Origin: the human T2T-CHM13v2.0 reference genome, Homo sapiens | Reading direction: 5' to 3' | DNA length: 64,000 nt | Assembly (NCBI GenBank): GCA_009914755.4 | Contig: CP068257.2 | Span: forward strand, 7,680,001 to 7,744,000 | Shown: positions 44,001 to 57,700 of the stretch, one piece after another | How positions within the stretch are numbered: position 1 is the first letter of the stretch | Layout of the letters: each line of letters begins with the position of its first letter | The notes under the pieces: generated by a model | Database searches by the model: none | Seen by the model: only the letters and a program-made list of their open reading frames with translations | Told to the model about the DNA's origin: nothing | Position numbers and translations under genes: made by a program

Positions 44001-46650
44001 ATCGCACTGAGTGGAATGGAATGGAATGGAATCAAACTGAGTGGAATGGAATGGAATGGAATGCAATGGAATGTAATCGAGTGGAAGGCATTAGAATCGA
44101 CTGGAATGCAATGGAATGGAATGGAATGGAATGCAATGGAATGCAATGGAATGGAATGGAATGGAATTCAATGTAATGGAAACAAACCAAGTGGAATGTA
44201 ATGAAATGGAAAGGACTGGAATGTAATGGAATGGATTGGAATCAACCCAATTCCAATGCAGCGGAATGGAATGGAAGGGAATGGAATGGAATGGAAAGGA
44301 ATGGAATGAACTGGAATGGAATGGAATGGAATGGAATTTAATGGAATGGAATGGAATCAACCCGAGTGGAGTGCAATGGAATGGAATAGAAATGAATGGA
44401 ATGGAATGGAATGGAATGGAACGGAACGGAATGGAATGAACCCGAGTGGAATGGAATGGAATGGAATGGAATGGGATGGAATGGAATGGAATGGTTTCAA
44501 CCCGAGTGGAATGGAATGGAATGGAATCAAACTGAGTGGAATGGAAGGGAATGGAATGCAATTGAATGCAATGGAGTGGAAGGCATTTGAATCAACTGGA
44601 ATGGAATGGAATGGAATGGAATGGAATGGAATGGAATGGAATGGAATCAACCCCAGTGGAATGGAATGTATGGAAATGGATTATAATGGAATGGAATGGA
44701 ATCAATCCGGGTGGAATGGAATGGAATGGAATGGATTATAGTTGAATGGAATGGAATCAATCCTTGTGGAATGGAGTGGAATGGAATGGAATAGAATGGA
44801 ATGGAATTCAATGTAATGGAAACAAACCGAGTGGAATGTAATGGAATGGAAAGGACTGGAATCTAATGGAATGTATAGGAATGAACCTGATTCCAATGCA
44901 ACGAAATGGAATGGAATGGAATGCAATGGAAGGGAATGGAATGGAATGGAAAGGAAAGGAATGAACTGGAATTGAATGGAATGGAATGGAATTTAATGGA
45001 ATGGAATGGAATGGAATGGAATGGAATGGAATGGAATCAACCCGAGTGGAGTGGAATGGAATGCAATGGAAATGAATGGAATAGAATGGAATGGAATGGA
45101 ATGGAATGGAATGGAATGGAATCAACCAGAGTGGAGTGGAATGGAATGCAATGGAAATGAATGGAATAGAATGGAATGGAATGGAACGGAACGGAATGGA
45201 ATGAACCCGAGTGGAATGGAATGGAATAGAATGGAATGGAAAGGCACGAAATGGAATGGAATGGAATGGAATGGAATGGAATGGAATGGAATCAACCCGA
45301 GTGGAATGGAATGGAATGGAATCAAACTGAGTGGAATGGAATGGAATGGAATGGAATGGAATGGAATGGAATGGAGTGGAAGGCATTAGAATCACCTGGA
45401 ATGGAATGGAATGGAATGGAATGGAATCAACCCGAGTGGAATGGAATGGAATGGAATCAAACTGAGTGGAATGGAATGGAATGGAATGCAATGGAATGGA
45501 ATGGAATGGAATGGAATCAACCACAGTGGAATGGAATGGAATGGAATGGATTATAATAGAATGGAATGGAATCAATCCGGGTGGAATGGAATGGAATGGA
45601 ATGGAATGGAATGGAATGGAATCAACCCGAGTGGAATGGAATGGAATGGAATCAAACTGAGTGGAATGGAATGGAATGCAATGGAATGGAATGGAATGGA
45701 AAGGAATCAACCACAGTGGAATGGAATGGAATGGAATGGATTATAATAGAATGGAATGGAATCAATCCGGGTGGAATGGAATGGAATGGAATGGAATGGA
45801 ATGGAATCAACTCGAGTGGAATGACATGTGACGTAATGGAATGGAATGGAATGGAATGGAACACAATGGAATCAATTCGAGTGCCATGTAATGGTATAGA
45901 ATGGAATGGAATGGAATGGAATGGAATGGAATGGAATGGAATGGAATGGAATGGAATGGAATCATCCAGAGTGGAATGGAATGGAATGGAATGGAATGGA
46001 ATGGAATGGAATGGAATATATTGGAATGGAATGCAACAGAATCAACTGGAATGGAATGGAATGGATTATAATGGAATGGAATGGAATCAATCCGGGTGGA
46101 ATGGAATGGAATGGAATGGAATTCAATGTAATGGAAACAAACCGAGAGGAATGTAATGGAATGGAAAGGACTGGAATGTAATGGAATGGATTGGAATCAA
46201 ACCGATTCCAATGCAACGGAATGGAATGGAATGGAATGGAAAGAAATCAACCCGAATGCAATGGATTGGAATAGAGTGGAATGGAATGGAATGGCATGGA
46301 ATGTAATGAAATCAACTAGAATGGAATGGAATGGAATGGAATGAACAGGAATGGAATGGAATGGAATGGAATGGAGTGGAATGGAATGGAATGGAATGAA
46401 ATCAACCCGATTGGAATGGAATGGAATGCAATGGAATGGAATGGAATCAACTGGAAAGGAATCAAATGGAACGGAATGGAATGGAATGGAATGGAATGGA
46501 ATGGAATGGAATGAATGGAAAGGAATGGAATGGAAACTAATGGAATGGAATGGAAAGGAAACAACCCGAGTGGAACGGAATGCAATGGAATGCAATGGAA
46601 TGGAATGGAATTCAATGTAATGGAAACAAACCGAGTGGAATGTAATGGAA
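38100..46650 (+). repeat. HSat3 sub-block with about 3.77 kb higher-order repeat, roughly 2.25 high-identity copies
   Basis: The identical 62-aa repeat-derived string MEWKGLECNGMDWNQTDSNATEWNGMEWKEINPNGMDWNRVEWNGMAWNAMKSTRMEWNGME occurs at 38611, 42401 and 46156, offsets of 3790 and 3755. Further matches are 39636 with 43411 and 40001 with 43776 (both offset by 3775), 40536 with 44316 (3780), 41121 with 44906 (3785), and 38141-38611 with 41931-42401 (3790). Confidence 0.8.
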
Positions 46651-49200
46651 TGGAAAGGACTGGAATGTAATGGAATGGATTGGAATCAACCCGATTCCAA
46701 AGCAATGGAATGGAATGGAATGGAAGGGAAGGGAATGGAATGGAATGGAAAGGAATGGAATGAACTGGAATGGAATGGAATGGAATGGAATTGAATGGAA
46801 TTGAATGGAATGGAATCAACCCGAGTGGAGTGGAATGGAATGGAATGGAAATGAATGTAATCGAATGTAATGGAATGGAAACTAATGGAATGGAATGGAA
46901 ACAACCCGAGTGGAATGGAATGGAATGGAATGGACTGGAAGCAACCCGAGTGCAATGGAATGGAATAAAATGGAATCGCATGGAATGGAATGAAATAAAC
47001 ACGAGTGGAATGGAATTTAATGGAATGGAATGGAATGGAATGGAATGGAATCAACCAGAGGGTAATGGAATGGAATGGAATGGAATGGAATATAACGGCA
47101 TGCAATGGAATGGAATGGAGTGGATTCAACCCGAGTGGAATGGAGTGGATTGGACTGTAACGGCATGGAATGGAATGGAATGAAGTGGAATAAACACGAG
47201 TGGAATGGAATGGAATGGAATGGACTGGAATCAACTCGAGTGCAATGGAATGGAATAGAATGGAATGGAATGGAATGGAATGAAATAAACACGAGTGGAA
47301 TGGATTTTAATGGAATGGAATGGAATGGAATGGAATGGAATGGAATGCAACTGAATAAACTGGAATGTAATGCAATGGAATGGAATGGGATGGAACGGAA
47401 TCAACCTGAGTGGAAAGGAATGTAATGGAATGGAATGGAAACTAATGGAAAGGAATGGAAACATTCCGAGTGGAATGGAATGCAATGGAATGGAATGGAA
47501 TGGAATGGAAATGAACCGAGTGGAGTGGAATGGAATAGAATGGACTGGAATGAAAAGGAATGGATTGGAATCAACCCGATTCGAGTGCAATGGAATGGAA
47601 TGGAATGGAATTGAATGGAATGGAAGGGAATGGAATGGAACGGAATGGAATAAAATCAACTGGAATGGAATGCAATGGAAAGGAATTTAATGGAATGGAA
47701 CGGAACAGAATGGAATGGAATGGAATCAACCCGAGTGGAGTAGAATGGAATGGAATGGAGTGGAATGGAATGGAGTGGAATTGAATGGAATAGAATGGAA
47801 TCAAACTGAGTGGAATGGAAATGAAAGAAATTGAAAGGAATGGAATGGAATGGAATGGAATGGAATGGAATGGAATGGAATGGAATGGAATCAACCCGAG
47901 TGCAATGGAATTGTATGGAATGGAATGGAATGGAATGGAATAGAATGGAATGGAATGGAATAGCATTGAATGGAATCAACACGAGTGGAATGGAATGGAA
48001 TGGAATGGAATTCAATGGAATGGAATAAACCCGAATGGAATGGAATGGAAATGAATGAAGTTGATTGGACTCAACCCGAGTCGAATGGAATGGAACAGAA
48101 TGCAACGGAACGGAATGGAATGGAATCAAACCGAATGAAATGGAATAGAATGTAATATAATGGAATGGAATGGAATGGAATGGAATCAACCCGAGTGGAA
48201 TGCAATGGAATGGGATGGATTGGAAAGGAATGGAACGGAATTGAATGGAATGGAAAAGAATGGAATGGAGTGGAATCAACCCGAGTGGAATGGAATGGAA
48301 TGGAATGGAAAGGAATGGAATGGAATGGAATGCTATGGAATCAACCCTAGTGGAATGGTATGGAATGTTATGGAATGGTATGGAATGGAATGGAATAAAA
48401 TGGAATGGAATGGAATGGAATCAAACCGAGTGGAATGGAATGGAAAGGAATGCAATGGAATGGAATGGAATGGAATAGAATGGAATGAAATGGAATCAAC
48501 TGGAATGGAATGGAATGGAATGGAATGGAATGGAACAGAATAAACCTGAGTGGAATGGAATGGAATGGAGTGGAAACAAATGGAATGGAATGGAAACAAC
48601 CCAATAGGAATGGAATGCAATGGAATGGAATGGTATGGAATGGAATGGAATTCAACAGAATGTAATAAACCCGAGTGGAATGGAATGGAATAGAATGGAC
48701 TGGAATGGAATGGAATGGATTGGAAAGAACCCGAGTAGAATGCAATGGAATGGAATGGAATGGAATGGAATGGAATCAACTCGAGTGGAATGGAATGGAA
48801 TGGAAGGGAATTGATTGGAATGGTAACTACCTAGTGGAATGGAATGGATTCGAATGGTATGGAATCAATCCCAGTGGAATGGAATGCAATGGAATGGAAT
48901 GGAATGGAATGGAATGGAATGGAATGAAATCAACCTGAGTGGAATGGAGTGATATAGAAGGGAATGCAATGGAATGGAATGGAATCAACCCGAGTGGAAT
49001 GGAATGGGTCGGAATGGAATGAACTAGAATGCAATGGAATGGAATGGAATGGAATCAACTGGAATGGAAGGTAATGGAATGAAATGAAATGGAATGGATT
49101 CAACCTGAGCGGAATGGAATGCAATGAAATGGAATGGAATTGAATGAAATGGAATGGATTGGAAAAAACCCGAGTGGAATGGAATAGAAAGGAATGAAAT
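46500..49200 (+). repeat. Divergent, degenerate HSat3 at the array edge
   Basis: Pentamers become irregular (ggaaactaatgg, ggaaacaacccgagtggaacgg, ggaatggtatggaatgttatgg, ggaattgattggaatggtaactacctagtgg). The kb-scale high-identity matches to upstream units fade out here. Confidence 0.5.
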
Positions 49201-52200
49201 ATCAAAGTACAGAAACATATATTATATACTGTACATAAAATATCACAGCACCCAAACATATGTTATATACTGTACATAAAATATCAAACAACAAAAAAAA
49301 TATACTGTACATAAAATATCAAAGTACCCAAACTATATATTATATACTGTACATAAAATAGTAAACTATGCAAACTATATATTATATACTGTACATAAAA
49401 TATCAAGTACCCAAACTACATATTCTATAATGCACATAAACTATCAAGAAACCAAACTATATATTATATACTGTACATTAAATATCAAAGTACCCAAACT
49501 ATATATTATATGCTGCACATAAATTATGAAAGTCCACCAAATATATATTATATGCTGTATATAAAATATCAAAGTACAACAAATATATATTATATACTGT
49601 ACATAAAATATCAACGTACCCAAAATATATATTATATATTCTACAAAAAATATGAAAGTACCCAAAATATTTATTATATTCTGTAGATATAATATCAAAG
49701 TACCAAAACTATATATTATATACAGTACATAAAATATCAAAGTACCCGAACAGTATATTATATAGTGTACATAAAATATCAAAGTACAAAAATATATATG
49801 GTATACTGTAAAAAAATATCAAAGTTCAAAAATATATCTTCTATACTGTATATAAAATATCAAAGTACACCAAATATATATTCTATACTGTACATAATGT
49901 ATCAAAGTACCCAAACTATATGTTATATACTGTACATAAAATATCAAAGTAGTGAAACAATATACTATATAATGTGCATAAAATATAAAAGTACCCAAAC
50001 CGTACATTATATACTGTATATAAAATATCAAATAACCCAAACTTTATATTATATACTATACAAAAAATATTAATTTACCCATACTGTATATTACATTCTG
50101 CACATATAATATCAAAGTACACAAACTGTATATTATATAATGCACATAAAATATCAAAGTACACAAACTATATATTATATATTGTACATAAAATATCAAA
50201 GTACCCAAACTATATATTGTATACTGTACATAAAGTATGAAAGTACCCAAACTATATATTTTATACTGTATATAAAATATCAAAGTACACAAACTATATA
50301 TTATATACTGTACATAAAATATCAAACTACACAAACTGTATATACTATACTGTACATAAAATATGAAAATACACCAAATATATATTCTATACTGTACATA
50401 AAAAATCAAAGTACACCTAATATCTATTCTATACCATACATAAAATATGAAAGTACACCAAATATATATTCTATACTGTACACAAAATATGAAAGTACAC
50501 CAAATATAAATTCTATACTGTACTTAAAATAGGAAATTACACCAAATATATATTTTATGCTGTACATAAAATATCAAAGTACACCAAATATATTTTATAT
50601 AGTGTTCATAAAATATCAAAATAGCCAAAATATATATTATATACTGAACATAAATTATCAAATTCACAAACTATATATTATAAACTCTACATAAAATATC
50701 AAGGAACACAAACTATTTATTATATACTGAACATAAAATTTCAAAGTACAAATCAATATATTATGTACTGTGCATAAAATATCAAAATACACAAACGATA
50801 TACTATATACTTTACATAAAATATCAAAGTACCCAAACTATATAGTCTATACTGTAAATAAAATCGCTAAGTACACCAAATATATATTCTTTTCCATATA
50901 TAAAATATCAAATTTTACGAAATATATATTGTATACTGTGCATAAAATATAAAATTACACCAAATATATATTGTATACGTATATAAAATATCAAAGGACA
51001 GTAAATATATATTATATACCTTACATAAAATATCAAAGTACACCAAATATATATTCTATACTGTACATAAAATATCAAAGTAACAAAAGTATATATTATA
51101 TAATTTACATAAAATATCAAAGTACCCATATTATATATTATATACTGTACATAAAATATCAAATTAACAAAGGTATATATTATATACTGTACATAAAATA
51201 TCAAAGTACAAAAAGTACATATGATGTACTGTACATAAAATATCAAGGTACCAAAAATATATATCATTTACTGTACCTAAAATATCAATGTACCCAAAGT
51301 TTATATTATGTACTGTACAAAAAATATCCAAGTACCCATACTATATAGTATATTCTGTATATAAAATATGAAAGTACACAAACTATATATTATAAAATGT
51401 ACATAAAATATCAACGTACAAAAAACATATATTATATACTGTACATAAAATATCAAAGTACCGAAACTATATATTATATACTGTATATAAAATATCACAG
51501 TACCCAAACTATATATTAAATACTGTATATAAAATATCAAAGTACCCAAACTATATATTATATACTGTACTTAAAATATCAAAGTACCAAAATTACGTAA
51601 TACATACTGAACATAAAATACCAAAGTATTCAAACTATATATTATATACCGGACATAAAACATCAAACTACCCAAACTATATATTATATACCGTACATAA
51701 AATATCAAAGTACCCAAAATATATATTATATACCATACATAAAATATCAAAATACCCAAACTGTATATTATACACTGTACATAAAATATCCAATTACCCA
51801 AAATATATATTTTGCACTGTACATAAAACATCAAAGTAGACCAAATATATATTATGTACTGAAAAAAAAACATCAAAGTACATAAAACGTATATTATATA
51901 CTGTACATAAAATATCAAAGTACATCAAGTGTATATTTACACTGTAGATAATGTATCAAAGTACCCAAATTATATATTAAATACTGTACATAAAATATCA
52001 AATTATGCAAAGTATATATTAAATACTGTAAGTAAAATATAAAAGTACCAAAACAATAAATTATATACACTGCATAAAATATGTAAGTAAACCAAATATA
52101 TATTATATACTGTACATAAAATATCAAAGTACACGAAATGTATATTATATACTGTACATAAAATATCAAAGTACACCAAATATACATTATATACTGTACA

Positions 52201-54700
52201 CAAAATATCAAAATACACCTATTATATATTATACACTCTACATGAAATGTCTAAGTACAGCAAATATATATTATATACTGTACATAAAATACCAAACTGC
52301 CCGAAATATATATGATATACTGTACATAAAATATCAAGGTACAAAAACTATATATTATACACTGTACATAAAATATCAATGTACACAAAGTATATATTCC
52401 ATACTGTACCTAAAATAATAAAGTACCCAAAATATATATTTTATAGTGTTCATAAAATATCAAAGTACCCAAAATATATATTATACTCTGTACTTAAAAT
52501 ATCAAACTACCTAAACTATATGTTATATACTGTACATAAAATATCAAATTACACAAACTACATATTATATACTGTACATAAAATATCAAATTACACAAAG
52601 TATATACTGTATGCTGTACATAAGATATTAAAGTACCAAAAATATATATTATATGCTGTACAGAAAATATCAAATTTCCCATATATATATTATATACGGT
52701 ACATAAAATATCAAAGTACCCAAAAAATATATTATATACTATACATAAAATATGAAATACACCAAATATATATTATAGGCTGTACATAAAACATCAAATT
52801 ACACCAAATATATATTACATGCTGTACATAAAATATCACAGTACTCAAAATATATATTGTATACTGTACAAAAAAAATCAAAGTACCCAAAATGTATATT
52901 ATATACTGTACATCAAATATGAAAGTAACCAAAGTATATATTACATACTGTACATCAAAAATCAAGGTACATATACTATATATTATATACTGTACATAAA
53001 ATATCAAAGTACCAAAGCTATAAATTATATAATGTACATTAAATATCAAAGTAATCAAACTATATATCATATACTGTACCTAAAATATCAAAGTACACAA
53101 AATATATACTCTATACTCTACAGAAAATATCAAAGTACACAAACTATATATTATATCATGTACATAATATGTCAAAGTAGACAAACTATGTATTATATAC
53201 TGTACATAAAATATCAAAATACACCAAGTATATATTATATACAACACAAAAAATATAAAAGTACCCAAAGTATATATTATATACTGTACATAAAATATCA
53301 AAGTACAAAAACTATAAATTATATACTGTACAAAAAATTTTAAGTACACCAAATATATATAATATAGTATACCTAAAATATCAAAGTACCCAAACTATAT
53401 ATTTTATACTGTACATAAAATATCAAAGTACCCAAACTATATATTATATACTGTACATAAAATATCAAAGTACACCAAATACATATTATGTACTATACAT
53501 AAAATATCAAAGAAAACCAAATATATATTATAAGCTGTACATAAAATATCAAAGAATCCAATCAATATATTATATAATTTACATAAAATATCAAAGTAAC
53601 CAACTATATGTTATATACTGTACATAAAATATGAAAGTACCGAAACTATATATTATATACTGTATATTAAGTATCAAATACGCAAAACATATATTATACA
53701 CTGTATATAAAATATCAAAGTAACCTAAATATATATTATATACTATACATATATCAAAGTACCCCAAATATATATTATAAGCTGTACATAAAATATCAAA
53801 GTACACCAAATATATACTCTATACTGTACATAAAATATGAAAGTACACCAAATATAAATTATACACTATACCAAAAATATCAAAGTACACCAATATATAT
53901 TACAAAATACAAATAAATTATCAATGTACACCAATTATATCGTATATACTCTACATGAAATAACCAAATACAGGAAATATTAATTAAACAGTGTACATAA
54001 AATATAAAAGTACACCAAATATATATTATATACTGTACATAAAATATCATATACCCAAAGATATATTATATACTGTACATAAAATATCAAAGTACCGAAA
54101 ATACATATTTTATACTATACATAAAATATCACAGTACACCAAATATATATTATATACTGTACATAAAATATGAAAGATCACGTAATATATATTATATACT
54201 GTACATAAAAAATCAAAGTTCATGAAATGTGTTATATACTGTACATCAAATATGAAAGTACACCAAATATATATTATACACTGTACCTAAAAGCAAAATA
54301 CACCGAATATATATTATATACTGTACATAAAATATCAAAATACACCAATTATATATTATACACTATACAGAAAATATCAACGTACACCAAATATATATTA
54401 TATACAGTACATAAAATATCAAAGTACACCAAATATATATAATATATTGTACATAAAATGTCAAAGTACACCAAATATATATTATATACTGTACATAAAA
54501 ATAGAAAGTACACCAAATATGTATTATATACTGTACATAAAATATCAAAGTACACCAAATATATATAATATACTGTACATAAAATACCAAAGTAAACCCA
54601 ATACATATTTTATGCTGTACATAAATATGAAAGTACACAAAATATATATTATATACAGTATATAAAGTATTAACGTACACCAAAAACATATTATGTACTG
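49201..54700 (+). repeat. HSat1 sub-block 1: TATATATTAT-type 42-bp monomers (..aaagtacccaaactatatattatatactgtacataaaatatc..)
   Basis: Read directly. The strand sign denotes orientation relative to sub-block 3 only. Confidence 0.8.
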
Positions 54701-57700
54701 TACATAAAATTAAATACACCAAATACATTTTATATACTAGACCTAAAGTATCAAAAGTTACTCTAGATAAATATTATGTATTTTACGTAAAATAACAAAT
54801 ATTACACCAAATATATATTATATTCTGCCCAAAAAATACCAAAAATTACACCAAATACATACTATATACTGTACATAAAATATCAAATAGTACACCAAAT
54901 ACATATAACGTACTGTACGTAAAATATCAAAAAGTACACCAAATACATATTATGTACTGTATATAAAATATCAAAGAACACAAAATATATATCATATAGT
55001 GTAAATAAAAAATCAAGTTACACAATACATATATTATATACTGTAGATAAAATATCAAATTACTCAAAATACATATTATGTACTGTACATAAAATATCAA
55101 AGTAAAGTAAAAACATATTATATACTGTGTATAAATATCAAAGTACACCGAATACATATTATATACTGTACATAAAATATCAAAAGTACACCAAATACAT
55201 GTTATATACTTTACATAAAATATCTAAGTACACCAAATTCATATTATATACTGTACATAAAATATGAAAGTAAACCAAATGCATATTATATACTACACAA
55301 AAAAATTGAAAGCACACCAAATTCATATTATATACTGTACATAAAATAACAAGGGACACAAAATAAGTATTATACACTGTACATAGAGTAACAAAGTACA
55401 CAAAATACATATTATACACTGTACATAACATATCAATGTACACAAAATAGAAATTATATACTGTACATAAAATATAAACTATACCAAAAACATATTCTAT
55501 ACTGTACATAAAATATCAAAGTACACAAAATACACATTATATACTTTACATAGTTTATCAAAGTACACAAAATACATCTAAAATGTACATAAAATGTCAA
55601 AGTTACACAAAATACATATTATATACCATAGATAAAATATCAAAGTACACAAAATACATATGATATACAGTACACAGAATATAAAAGTACACCAAATACA
55701 TATTATATGCTGTACATAAGATATCAAAAAGTGCACAGAATTCATAATATATACTGTATATAAAATATCAGAGTACACTAAATACATATTATATACTCTA
55801 CATAAAATATAAAAGTACACAGAATACATATTATATACTGTACATAAAATATGAGAGTACACAAAATACATATTATATACTGTACATAAAATATCAAACA
55901 GTACACCAAATACATCCTATATACTGTTCATAAAGTATCAAAAATTACACCAAATACATATTGTATAGTGAACATAAAGTATAAAAAGGACACCAAATAC
56001 ATATTATATACTCTACATATAATATCAAAATGTACAACAAATACATATTATATAATCTCCATAAAATATCAAAGTACAAAAAATACATGTGTTGTGTGCA
56101 TAAAATATCAAGTTACACAAAATACTTATGATATACTGTACAGAAAATATCAAAGTACACAGAATACATATTATATACTGTACATAAAATATCAAAGTAC
56201 ACAAAATACATATTATATACTGTATATAAGATATCAAACAGCACACCAAATACTTATTATATACTGTACATAATATATCAAACAGTACACCATATACATA
56301 TTATATACTGTACATAAAGTATCAAAAATTACACCAAATACATATTATATACTGTACATATAATATCAAAATGTGCACCAAATACATAATCTATACTGTA
56401 CATAAAATATCAAAATGTACACCAAATACATATTATATACTGTTCATAAAATATCAAAAACTACACCAAATTCATAGTATATACTTTACATAATATATCA
56501 AAGTACAAAAAATACATATTATATTGTGTACAGAAAATATAAAGGTACACAAAATACTTATTATATACTCTACATAAAATATCAGATTTCACAAAATACA
56601 TATTGTATACCGCACAAAAAATATCAAAGTACACTAAATACATATTTTACACTGTATATAAAATATCAAAGTACAACAAATACATATTAGGCACTCTACA
56701 TAAAATATAAAATTACACAAAATACGTATTATATACTGTACATAAAATATAAAATACACAAAAAATATATTATATACTCTACATAAAATATCAAATAGTA
56801 CACCAAATACATATTATATACTGTACATAATGTATCAAAAGGTACACCAAATACTTATTATATACTGTACATAAAGTATCAAAAAGTACACCAAACACAT
56901 ATTATATAATGTATATAAAATATCAAAAAGTATACCAAATACATATTATATACTGTAAATAAATTATCCAAAAGTACACCAAATACACATTATATACTGT
57001 ATATTAAATATCAAAATGTATACCAAATACATATTTTATACTGTATATAAAATCAAAAATTACACCAAATACATATTACATACTGTACATAAAATATCAA
57101 AAAGTACACCAAATACATGTAATACACCGTACATAAAAAATCTTAAAGTACACCAAATACATATTATATACTGTACATAGAATATCAAAGTTCACAAAAT
57201 ACACATTATATACCGCACATAAAATATCAAAGGACACTAAATACATATTTTACACTGTACATAAAATATCAAACTACAACAAATACATATGCACTGTACA
57301 TAAAATATCAGAGTACACAAAAAACATATTATATACTGTACATAAAATAACAAAGTACACAAAATACATATTATATACTTTACGTAATATATCAAAGTAC
57401 ACAAAATATATATATACTGTACATAATATGTGAAAGTTACACAAAATACATATTATATACCGTAGATAAAATATCAAAGTACACAAAATACATATTATAT
57501 ACAGTACATAAAATATCAAAGTACACCAAATACATATTATATACTGTACATAAGATATCAAAAAGTACACAGAAATCATGATATATACTTTATATAAAAT
57601 ATCAAAATACATCAAATACATATTATGTACTCTACATAAAGTATCAAAAAGTACACAAAATACATATTATATAATGTACATAAAATATCAAACAGTACAC

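Larger units (their letters stand above)
4069..49200 (+). repeat. Classical satellite III / HSat3 array: (GGAAT)n with interspersed CAACCCGAGT-type 10-mers. It is about 45.1 kb, uniformly with GGAAT on the + strand
   Basis: There are uninterrupted pentameric ggaat runs. Recurrent ggaatcaacccgagtggaatgg and its variants caactcgagt, caaccagagt, caaactgagt, caattcgagt and aaacacgagt are the reverse complement of the satellite III ATTCGGGTTG element. No strand switch occurs anywhere in the block. Confidence 0.95.

Noticed and set aside
4069-49200. Hundreds of overlapping ORFs on both strands, up to 357 aa (MEWNGMEWNG... and IPFHSIPFHS... families)
   Set aside because: They are pure translations of (GGAAT)n and its complement in different frames. 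Apparent conservation between ORFs reflects satellite higher-order-repeat structure, not protein conservation.
4069-49200. HSat2 (HSATII) rather than HSat3
   Set aside because: HSat2 is built from diverged CATTCGATTCCATTCGATGAT-type 23/26-bp units. Here the pentamer GGAAT is well preserved and the CAACCCGAGT element is present, which is the definition of satellite III.
4069-49200. (GGAAT)n as arrays of heat-shock elements or functional transcription-factor binding sites
   Set aside because: GAA recurs every 5 bp as direct repeats only. A canonical heat-shock element needs alternating inverted nGAAn/nTTCn units. HSF1 association with SatIII is known from the literature, but nothing in this sequence lets me call a specific regulatory site.
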